Below, in pieces: positions 50,146 to 61,407 of a DNA stretch of 64,000 nt. The notes beneath the pieces were generated by a model that saw only the letters and a program-made list of their open reading frames with translations, did not search any database and was not told the DNA's origin. Source of the stretch: Dimorphilus gyrociliatus (taxonomy: Eukaryota; Animalia; Annelida). Where the stretch lies: the NCBI GenBank assembly GCA_904063045.1, contig CAJFCJ010000006.1, forward strand, positions 5,162,408-5,226,407. The letters run 5' to 3'. The position numbers and the translations under genes were made by a program. Each line of letters starts with the position of its first letter. The first letter of the stretch is position 1.

Positions 50146-53100
50146 ATGCCGAGAGCCACGAAAAAGGCAGAAGAAGTTGATAGGGTTGTTTGTCAAAATC
50201 TTGAATTGGCAAAGTCGATAAGAGATTTTCTGAGAAATCATTGTAATAAAACAATTACGTTGGAAGATGCGCTAAGCAGCATTATGAAGATATATAAAAC
50301 AGAAAAAAAAAAAGTATGTTATTTTTGAGTTGAAATTAACTGATAACCTGTAAATAACTTGGCTTCTTCCAATTTAGAATTCAAGCACTCCTAAATTTAA
50401 TGAAGCATTGCAGTATTTGATGTACAATGCCTTCGAATTTGGAGATATGGAAAGTGATTTTATAAATAAACACTGGGATCTATTTGGGGCAATTTTAGCA
50501 GAGATAACTGTTCTTGAAAAATCAGATGTAATCAATCCAGTTGTTCGTAATGTAATAAGGCATTATTTTTCGGTACGTAGAATTTCCGTTCATTCATGTT
50601 AATTGATATTTCATACTGTAAATATTAATATAATTGCAGTGCCAAGTTCCAGAAAAAGAACTTCGGTGGCATACAACTCATATATGTGCAAGTTTTTTAC
50701 TTCATCTACCGAATGGTGTTGACCTAAGCGGAAAATTTTACGATAAAATTGTGGAGAAATTGAAGATTGATGCTAATGACAAATGCCCAGCTGTTAGATT
50801 GTGGGCAGTGAAAGGATTAACTGTTTTCCAATGCTCTGGTGAAGACATAGATGTAATTAGATTTCTTATAGACAAGGCTAAATTTGACGGTAATTTGGCG
50901 GTGAGATTAGCTGCCCAAGAATCATTTTGTATAACATCAAGAACGGCCAGTGAATTGACAAATTTTATCTTGTCAAAGAATGCTGCTAGTAGAAAATTAG
51001 CATTCTCGAGATTGGGATCAAGCGTGCACATTAGAGCTTTGGTGAGAGAATATAGACAGAAAGCCCTTTTTTATGCCTTTCAAGAAAGTGAACCTGATGT
51101 CAAAAAACATGCAAAGGAGCATTTAATTGAAATTTGGAAGCAAATGTGTTGCAGCATTGAACAATTGGTTAAATATCTAATTTGTGAGACGTCTGATAAA
51201 CGCGATTTCAACGTCCTTAATTCTGTTTTAAAGACTTATAATGCTGAAACCTTAATTGAAGCTTGTTTCGAAAATCTACCATCTCCAGATACTAGAGGAG
51301 GAATTGATGGAGAGATACAGCGAAATTACCCTCCTTTACTGAATGATAAGTTATGCATTGACTTGGATAACATAACTTTCGTTAAAGGTACTATTCAAGT
51401 TCAGCTATATTCCGTTTTTATACATTTACAGTTTGTCTCTTTTTAGCCGTATGGTGGTCTGAAACGCTGAAAGTTCTTAAAGCCAAACAGGAAGAAGGCG
51501 AAATGGACCTTGTTGAAAAAATAACACCCTCAGCCTTAGATTTTACAAATATGATTGAATCATTTTATTATAAGTATAAGGATGATTTGGATTCTGGAAG
51601 AAGTATTAATGAGGACAACTTGCCTTTAGATTACATAAAAGCCTCGTGTACTATAGGTTATTTACTACAAATAAGCGAATATGTCGATAACAACGATCCT
51701 GTTGGAAGAGAAAAAGTATATAAATCTTTCAAGGAACTGCTTCTTTTAGATTCTACGTGTTACGATTGGTGTGGTGGATTCGTAAAGGCAAAACGTAGAT
51801 TTGCTCTTAATGACGAAGAATTTACAAAAGATATTTTCTATATTATATCTGAAGTTCTTCAGCCTTTCAGTGAAAATGTTACTACGAGTCATAACGACGA
51901 AACTGAACCAACTCAAGCAGCAGATAGCACTATTAGAACTGATCATTTTGTTAGAGCTAAAGTTCTGGCTTGCTTAAAAGAATTCTCAAATTTAATGAAG
52001 GTATGTTTTAAATTCTTTTTTATATTTCAAGTTTTACTTCATAAGATCAAAAACAGGAATCAACATATGATTTAAGCCAGAGCAACACTTATCAAGATTT
52101 TATAAAGCGAAACGTTGCTGCTTGGGTATCTGTTGATACCGAATTACCATATGTTCGGTTACTTGCATTGGAAATCATACATATTCATGCAAATTGCTTT
52201 AAAAGAACCGAAAAGGATTTGGAAACAGCAATATTAGCTTTTGTTTATAATATTATCGAAAGAAAAAGTGTATATCATACGGAGGCAGACCTTGTAAATC
52301 TCTTCAGATTAACGACATCATTCTTAACTCACACAAGTAGAACCGCTATCAATGATACTATATTTAAAGTAGAAGCAAATTGTGAAGCTACGGTTCTATT
52401 ACTGAAGCATTGCGGTTATGAGGACAAAAATCTTAAAAATTTCGACCCACTTGAATTTATTTTGGACGAGTATTGCTCATGTTTCTATAGTCTACAGTTT
52501 GAGGGGCAGTGCGAAATTATTAATTTTTTATGTATCCTACTAATTTATAGGAGAAACGTTGAAAATCTTCTCCCTAGAATATTTGATATTGTTGTTTACG
52601 ACCATAAAAGAAAGATCACAGCCCATTCACTAGTGCGCGAAACAGTTGAACTAGTTTTTGAAAGTGAAATAATTAAATCGAATATCTTTGTGGAATTTGT
52701 TGATTGTTTTACAAGAATTGTAAAAGTGATGGTGAACGAAGACGAAGATTACTTAGCCATTCTCATTGATATATTTTGTAAGATATGTAAACATGGCATA
52801 GATAAAATTATCCAAGACGCTGAGACATCAGCACAGAGCTTAGATATATTGCAACAAGTTAGATTGAAACTCTCTACAGTTTTGAAGGCTATTGGAACAC
52901 AAAAAGATATTGAACGGATTGTGACAAAAATTGAAAAATCTCCCGTTTTTGCCGAAAATGAAGAATTATTCAAAGCAGAAGAAAAGGATGAAGTTGACAC
53001 AACTATGAAAGAATTGACCAAGACAATTGAAGAAGACGAATATGAGGAGGATGAGGACGACGATGATGTTACAATTATTGCAGAAACAGCAGCTGCAGTA

Positions 53101-53824
53101 AGTTAAGCGATTGGAAATTATGTCATCATTAATTTAGAAAAAAAACTAATTAATTTTCAGGTCTCTCAACTGAAAGTGGAAGTTAAGGAAGAAATAGAGG
53201 CAATTAATAATGACAGTCATGAAAGTTCATCCGATGATATCGTACCTCTCTCTCCTACTACACAGGCCCCCACCTTAAAAAAGCGTGGCGTAGTCAGTAA
53301 CAAAGTGACTGATGACTCGAAAGAATTTGTAAAGTCAAGAACCACCAGGAGTAAAAGTGGTAAGAAAAGAGGACACGACACGGATATAGCAAAGTATGTA
53401 ATGTTTTTTTCATATCCCAGTTACTTTATTAGAAGCATAATTATCTTACTTATAAAAAACTAGTTCATCTTTTCTATTCGCCTTTAGCTCCTTAAATACT
53501 CTATTTACATATTTTTTCATCTTAGTTTTAGCAAATTAAGCGGACAATTGGTAACGCTCCTAGTATCATCTAACTTTTTGGCTTCTTTAACCGCATGCTC
53601 AACAATAGTTATGTTCATGATTTAATATCCTTTTTTTTTCAGATCAAGAGACAACGTTGTTGTGGAAAAAAGACAAACAAGGTCATCAGCTCGAGAAAAT
53701 GAAAGAAATCTTCGATCTAGGTTAATTAAATTTGTACTTTTCTAAAGACAAAAGACAATAATTTCATATAACAATTTTTTAAATTAACAGAGGCAAAAAA
53801 AGAAGTCAAGACATGCCAAAGTAA
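50146..53824 (+). CDS. NCAPG: Condensin complex subunit 3 (CAP-G), divergent
   Basis: HEAT repeats DANDKCPAVRLWAVKGL..FDGNLAVRLAA..SRKLAFSRLGSSVHIRAL align to recalled NCAPG. A Cnd3-like C-terminal region and an acidic then basic low-complexity tail follow. Multi-exon, ending ..QDMPK* at 53824. Confidence 0.8.
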
Positions 53825-54592
53825 ATGCTTATTCTCATTGAAAGAAAATTTTGTATATACGATTTGATACATAGTCTATTACATATCAAGATTAAACTTT
53901 CATAATCGCATTATTTAGATATCAATATTTATCGCTTATTTTTTGTATATATCTTTCGGCAGACATGTAAAATATTTTCCAAAAAGAGAAAGAAAATATT
54001 TAGATTTTCGTCCACTTTGAGCTCTATTAAATTCTTGAACATACACATATGTAAAATATACTTTTTCTAAATAAATTCACATCTATAAATGATTTGTACA
54101 CGTCTGTTTATATAAACAGACGAATTCAAAGCGATTGAATAATCGGTGTAATTATCCTAAATGTTTTGTTTTTCCAGGGGATTAGGCGTATTCATAAAGT
54201 CAGGTCTTCATATTTATTAGATATATTTTGTATAAATTGAAATTTTGCTGAACATTTCTTGCTAGCTATATTCATTTCCAAGAAACAAAGAGAACAGATC
54301 TAAAGTCAATAAAATTTTTAAATAATATACTGTATAAAGACTTAAAATTAGATAAATTGATCATAGCTTGTAATATTTATCCGATTGTTAATTTTTTATC
54401 AATGACGGACTGAAAGCACTACATAATATACGCTTTGTTTCATCATTTGTAGACATACAAAAGAATTAGCATGTAATAGTTTTTTTAATACCTAGTTTAA
54501 AAATTAAAGATAGCGGTTGTTTGTTATTTTGTTGCATAGTGTAATTCGCTGTTCATCTCAGTCGTTTATTGCTGCTCAACACATATCAACTA

Positions 54593-56315
54593 TCATTGAA
54601 GATCAGTTAGATCAGGGTGCGGTAGGGCTCTACTTATATCCAATAAATCAGTAGGCTCGTCTATACCTACGGTATGCTGCGAAGTGTCAACAACAAATAA
54701 TATATTTGAATAGTTTTGTTGAAATTGCGGTTCTTCTCTAGTTTGATTTAAAGGTAGGATGGGCTCTTGACTTGTCTGATATTCATTTTCTGGTTTCTTT
54801 TTTGAAAGAGAGCCGTGCTTTCCCCTTCTATCTGGCATTGGTGCGTTATGTAGTTTCAATTGATCAAGGAGGGTTCGAATTTGTCCTTCAGTTAACCTAA
54901 ATACCCCTTGAAAGCATCTTTTACAAACGGAATTTAATTCACCGGATATTTCAACGCTATAATAGAAAGTAACCTCTCTACACAGTTTTTTGTCTTTACT
55001 CCGTCGTCTCGCTGGAGGTGCGTAAGTAATTAACTTTGATAAATAAAGTCGTTGATTGTTATATGAGGAAAGTTGGGAAAAAATGGAATAAACTTCGTCC
55101 AATTGGTCATTTGAAAATTTCTCTAAGCATTTCTGCTTACATTTGGACCGGATGAGTGCGGCTTTAGTCTCTCTTTCTTTTTTCTTTGCCATTCTCTGCT
55201 CTTTTCTCTTCCTATCTCTCTTCGATTCGTTATTCATTTCTGCAACGTCTTCATAGTCGATAAGTGGAACAAATGGGACTTTCGCTTTATCTTTATCCGT
55301 CTCCGTCTTTGATGTATTTGGAGTTTGAGAACGGTTTGCTATAGAATTTTTAGACCTGGCAATTAATTTTTTAACAACAGGTGAATTCTTTAAATGTCTA
55401 TATTTTCGAAGGACATCTTGACCATTTGTATTTTCATCATCTACCTTTTTATTTGTTGGTGGCAGATGAATTTCTTTCTTTCTCGTCCTTGTATCTTTCG
55501 TGCCTGATTCTTTAAGAAATCTATTTGAGGTATGACCATGTTTCCCCCGACCGTCTGGCTTCGGTCCATTCATTGAAACAATTTGTATACATAAAACTCT
55601 TACAAATCCATTCGATATTCGATACGTCGACATAAAACAGTATTTGCAAACTTTTGTTAATTTTCCTTTAAGAAGTATATGATAATTAAATGTTCTTAAT
55701 CTTCTTGGATGTGTCTTTTCTTTTGTCGATTTCGTTCGCTTTGTAGGCAGAGATATTGATATAAGTTTACTTAAGAATAATTTTTTTGCATAATATGTTC
55801 CAAGTTTATCAAACTCTTCAAATGATAAGTTCAAATCTTCTTGATCAATATTTAACAAACAAGCTCGATGACATTTTTCTTTAAGTGTCGCTAATTTTCC
55901 TTCCTTTTCTCTTCGTCGACGTTGTTGTTCTAGTTTTCTAGCCTCTTTGCCCTTCGGCGTTTTTGTTTTTTGAGCAACTTCAGCAGTGGGCTCTCTCTCT
56001 TGACTTTCAAGACTATTCGTTGCATAATACATCATATTTGATTGATCTTCGTAAGTAGAATTATCGGTCATTAATATTTCCATTGATTGGTTCGGATAGA
56101 TTGTTAACGTTGAATTCGGAGCTGCTTGTTCGACATATATTGTCTGTTTCATTAAGAATTATACTGGTATGGTTATTTTGAAATATTAAAAATAAATAAT
56201 ATCATACTGGTGAATAATCTTGTGTAATCCATTGAGAATTATCTGTTGAATCAGTAGAAACACTACTGAACGTATTCATTTGATACTTTAAATATCCTTG
56301 ATCGTCGTTTGCCAT
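54593..56315 (-). CDS. Uncharacterised nuclear-type protein with two tandem Cys-rich modules ending in DxRGKH
   Basis: Exon 56315-56208 (MANDDQGYLKYQ..QDYSP) splices in phase 0 to 56143-54593. A 5'-UTR intron spans about 56379-56323. Two repeats of about 125 aa: C-x3-C..VCKxCF..DxRGKHG. Confidence 0.8.
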
Positions 56316-57135
56316 TATTGTCTGGAAAAAAGTTATAAACTACAATGCAGATCGAGAATTTAAATTCAATATATTCACCTTATAACATTGATTCCATATA
56401 AGTTTTCAAAAAGAATTATTTTTACAACTCCTTTAGCCCTTTTTGTTAAATGATCTCTCAGAATTACCGTAAAGAAAAGGTAAAATTTAAGGAAAAGAAA
56501 TCATAAATGCAATACAACTTTGATCTTTCAGTATACAAAAGTATTTCTGTGATTAAGGCCTAAATACAATATTAATAAATGAAGAAATCATCAGAAATAT
56601 ATGCCGAATTACTCAAAGTGCACAACAGCGTAAACGAAAGTAGTTCGACTGTTTAAAACTGGTTTTCTTAATTTTTCTCCCATAAAATATTACTTTTTCT
56701 GTTTAATATTCAAACTAGATAAATTTAACAAAAATTATTAGTAGCTTAGTTTTTTTCCTTTATATTCTTCAAAATTATTAAATAAACTTGGATGTATGAA
56801 TACATTTATTTAATGGACACCGCGTTAAAATGGGACAAATTTCGACTTTCAAAACAGTAGGCGGGAGCTCTTCTGAAATCAAGAAATGAATTTTCATAAC
56901 AATTAATTAAGAATTTTAAGTAAATTGTATAAAGAGAAATTTTCCTCAAGATAAACTTTTTCTTTTTTAAGAAAAAAGAAATCCAATTTTAGAGTACTTT
57001 GAAATTTATCTAATTGACAAGAAACTCATAATACTTGTTATATTTTTTAAGAGTAGGATTTTCAATTACTATTTAAACGTATTTTGACAATTATGAAACA
57101 GTCAAATTCCTAAATAACAAAAAATGGAAAATCCG

Positions 57136-57765
57136 TTAAGGCAAATCAAATTTGTAAAGATCAGGTGTCACCAACTTGAGAGCGAGATGCGTAACCATTG
57201 CAGTAAATCCCCAAACTTTATCTTTTCCAGGACAATTATAAACAGGAAGAGCTATACTTCTTTCTTTCCATATTGTATATCTGGCGTGTCTACTTAATTC
57301 GCTTAAGGTTACTGTAAACACCTTAGCAACTTCTCCAGTATTTACAGATAAACTATCTAAATTCAGAGGATTTTTTAAAACACCCAAAACAGGATGAATG
57401 GCCATTCCATGTCGAGCAGGTAATCTAAACATTGTACCCCAGACATCAACATCACTTTCATTAATTCCTACTTCTTCTTTAGCCTCCCTAAGGGCAGTTT
57501 TAATTGGATCTTTGTTGTCCGAGTCATCAACCTTTCCCCCAGGAAAACTAACTTGTCCTTTATGGGTAGGTAAATGATGAGTACGAACGGTGAAGAGGAG
57601 AGATAATTCATCATTCACGATACATAATGGAACTAAAACTGCTGAATTTTTATAAGATTTGCTTAAATTTGGTTTTGAAAGAAGTAATTCCTGACATCTT
57701 TTCTTATTAGTCTCATTAATAAGTGAATAATATGAGGTTTTCGATAAAAATCTTCTCAGCTGCAT
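57136..57765 (-). CDS. NUDT8: Nudix hydrolase 8 (CoA diphosphatase-like, mitochondrial); intronless CDS
   Basis: SAVLVPLC..LLFTVR..HKGQVSFPGGK..TALREAKEEVGI (NuCoA + Nudix box), KVWGFTA, and a basic N-terminal presequence. Confidence 0.9.
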   Translation of the reverse strand: MQLRRFLSKTSYYSLINETNKKRCQELLLSKPNLSKSYKNSAVLVPLCIVNDELSLLFTVRTHHLPTHKGQVSFPGGKVDDSDNKDPIKTALREAKEEVGINESDVDVWGTMFRLPARHGMAIHPVLGVLKNPLNLDSLSVNTGEVAKVFTVTLSELSRHARYTIWKERSIALPVYNCPGKDKVWGFTAMVTHLALKLVTPDLYKFDLP

Positions 57766-57890
57766 TTATTTATTCTCTGACAGGTCAATTCGAAATAAAA
57801 TTCACTCTACTTCTCTCCACAGGGTCATTCGTTTATGAAAACTGGTTTGAAATATTTCGGCTGAGTCATGTCAAAAGCTGGTCTGCTACA

Positions 57891-59413
57891 ATGTATGACC
57901 ATGAAGAATTGGATGATATGTTTGTCGAAAAGCTCAAAAAAGAGGATAGAGACATCTGTAAAAGTCATATGTAAGAATTAAAAGTAATTTAAATGTCGGT
58001 TTTTATCAAATTTAATGTTTACAGTACAGAAACAAGTTATGCTGGGGATATTTTAAAGTTTGGTACAGCTATATCAATTGCATCAGGAGCTGAGCCGCTA
58101 CCAATCAATGAACAATGTATAGAAAGTGAAAATAATTCTTTAGCTGAGTACGACGATATCAAAGACGATGAAGTTAAAAGCAAGAGTTCTTCTGATTTAA
58201 TCTATACTGGTTATTCAGCAAAATCTGGTTTTAAAACAGAATCAAAACATACTATTGATGATGCAAAGAAATTTTCGGGGATTTTTTTCAATAAAAAACC
58301 TGGAAAAGACGAGGTTTTTATTTTTTAAGTTTCTTAAATTTTAACTGACAGCATGTTTATACCAGGGAGTTATTGTACATGTGATTAGCATTGACTTTCC
58401 GAATGAGACACGAAAGTCTTGTATTGAAGAAGAATTGACTGAATCATTTGAGGCAACGAAGCGAACGAAGAAATCGTTGTTTATCCTCTGCAATTTGAAA
58501 CAAGAAGTAAATTTTAGAAATTAAAGTAATTTTATTATCTTATACATATACTTTTTTTAAAAAGGATTACTTCAAAGCAATATCACTATTTAAAGACTGT
58601 CGGTATATTATTATGTTCTTCTCAACTCATGGCGCAAAGGATTATATAAAATTCGTTGATGGTCAAGTGGTACAATTAGAGAGGTTTATAAAAGACATAG
58701 AAAGTACACTTGAAAACGCAGATATACTAAATTATTTCTTCTGCTGTCAACATATTGCCGGGAAAAGTTTTAGCTACAAAAAATCGTACAGTGAAACAAT
58801 GAAGCGTGACGAAAAGTATCCGTTTTGTGTATTTGTATCAAATGTTGGCAGTAAGGTATACCGCCACAGAATATCCAAAGTGAATGTTTATGTGGTGAAA
58901 GGATTTTTACAGCTGGCTGAAGATTTGCCAGCATGGTCGGAAGTTAAGAAGAGCGATATAGAAGCTTTGAAAACGGAGTTAAAAATGCTGTCGGGTCCTT
59001 ACATACAGATATCAAATAAAAAGAAAATATTACTTAATACAGGATCATCCTATAGAATGTAAGAATTTAACAAAACTTGTAAAATTACTACTTTTATTCA
59101 TGTAAATTCTGTTTGCAGAATCTCTGATAAAGATGTCTTTATCAAGTACGATAAGTTTACCCTGACATTGAAGAATAAGAGCGATTCTGTCGTCAAGGTT
59201 AGAAAGAAACTGTTAAACAAAAACAAAAAGAGGAAAGTTTTTAACGGAGATTCTATAAGTATCGATCAGAAGATAATCACTGTACATTTTCTGTTTGAGG
59301 AGAGCATTATCCGTTCGATGAAATCTGGAGACCTCGACCCGACACCACTCTTAAATTTAAATGAAAGATTTCGATATTTTTTTCGCAACTTGTTCAAAAA
59401 GTTGATTAATTGA
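57891..59413 (+). CDS. Divergent caspase-like (clan CD, peptidase C14-fold) protein with C-terminal extension, about 432 aa
   Basis: Exons 57891-57970, 58025-58313, 58366-58506, 58565-59058 and 59119-59413 are all GT-AG and phase-consistent (1299 nt). Strand/helix order and motifs match caspases: GVIVHVISIDF..R, IIMFFSTHG, VDGQVVQLERF, LNYFFCCQH, FCVFVSNVGSKVYR, PYIQISNKKKILL. Confidence 0.7.
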
Positions 59414-59689
59414 AATAACGATTTGAAATTATGAAATATATTTTAAATTATAAACAAAAAACTTGTATGAAATATTGTCGTGCTATCAATCTTTTATAAG
59501 CATGGAAACTGAAAAAATAAGACATTGTAAAGATTCTTTACTTCGTATTGTTTCAAAAAATTTTGGGTGGTAAAAAGTAGTTAGGACTAGACTACTTTCA
59601 GAAAAGCGACGTAAAAGTAGATACCACTAAATTTCGCTTGGCAAGGAATCAGTTTTCAGAAATATACTTTATTTGCGTATTTAGATACA

Positions 59690-61177
59690 ATGTTCTCATT
59701 GGATTTTCTCAAAGCTGAAACTGAACGTAAAAAGAAACAATTAGAGGCCACAAATGTTATGGTAGCTTGATTTTTATAAAAATTTCGTCATTTAATGTAT
59801 ATTTTAATCAATTGAGCGATAATTGAATAATTTTAAATTTCTTTTTAAAATACTTTCTTGTTCTTGAGATAAATAAAACCTTATTCTGATTATAGAAAGA
59901 TGGTAAGAAATTTTTTAAAAGAGGAGATTTAGCAGCTAAACAAGAAGAAGAATATTGGAAACGTCAAAAGAGATTTAAACCAGCGATTGAAGAGGAAAGA
60001 AGAGATGTAAATAGCATATCTTAAATTCTAAAAGAATATTTAAACAAAATTTATGTTTTTTGATCAGTCAAGTCCAGCCCCAGACAGTGATAAAGATGAG
60101 CCAAAGCCGAAGAAAGAAGTAAAAATTTCTAGAAAAGAGATTATAAAACGCTTAAGAGAAAGACAAGAACCCATTAGACTCTTTGGAGAGAGTGATGAGG
60201 AAGCATTACAAAGACTGAAGAGATTAGAGATTGAAATGCCTGATATCAACAAAGGTAACAATATACACAGTCTTACATCGCATTAAAATCTCTATATATG
60301 TATCGTTACAGGTTACAAGAATGATTTTATGGCTGCTATGAATACAGTTGATAAAGAGTATAATGAAGCAATTCTTCAATGTTTCAATAAAGAGGAGGCT
60401 GATAAAAGAGCTATAAAAATGGCGGATGTTGATGTTAGAAAAGAAGCCGACGATTGGGATTCTATTCAAGTAGGGATTTAAATATTTAATTAAGAAGGAA
60501 ACTAAAATTGAATTTTTAGGCCGATTCAGTGAAATTTGGAAGAAATAATTCTAAATTTGACAGTAACCTTATTCTACGATATTTAAAGTTAGTTTTGTGG
60601 AAATGGGGAAGTCAGTTGAATTCAAGAAGACCTGAAGAAAAGTTGCAAGGTAGCGGAAAAATAGCTAGCGCAACTCATCGACAAACTGTTGAATATATAA
60701 AGCCTCTTTTCAAAAAGTTACAATCAAACGTAAGTTACATTATTTTACATTAGTTTTCTTTATTAATTAAATATTTTTGTTACAAAACTTAAGGGGTTGG
60801 ACGAAGATTTACTTGGCTGTCTCGTCGATATTGTTAAACATCTTTTAAAGCGAAATTATATTAAGGTATGTATATATAATTAGAAGTTAATACTGAAAAA
60901 AAAGGAACGTCTTCCTTCTATTTTCTTCTAGGCTAATGATGCATACGTAGAAATGGCAATAGGTAATGCCCCTTGGCCAATTGGTGTTACTATGGTTGGT
61001 ATTCACGCAAGAACGGGTAGAGAAAAAATTTCCGCTAAGAACATAGCTCACGTTTTGAACGACGAAACTCAGCGTAAATATATTCAAGCTTTAAAAAGGC
61101 TTATGACTCAAGCGCAAAATTTCTATCCAACTGATCCAGCGAGAAGCGTCAATTACGAAAGGCGCGAAGATGATTAA
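59690..61177 (+). CDS. PRPF18: Pre-mRNA-splicing factor 18
   Basis: [94 protein letters not shown]. Confidence 0.96.
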
Positions 61178-61407
61178 TTTACATTTTTGTTAGACATCAC
61201 TTATCTATTATTTTGGATATTTTTAACTCTCAGACATATAATAAAGGGAAGAAAGTCCCACATGAAAAGATTACGCCGTCATAGAAAAAAACCTATTTGT
61301 ATATTTTTAAACACGTCTTATAGTTTGTTAGATAATCATTTTATGAGAGCGGAAAATCGACCAATAAATCTCAAATTATCATTAATTTATTAAATATATA
61401 TAGGTAT

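Noticed and set aside
57723-57890. Upstream in-frame extension of the caspase-like first exon overlapping the NUDT8 start
   Set aside because: It overlaps the opposite-strand CDS and the shared promoter and has intergenic-like composition. ATG 57891 is more plausible.
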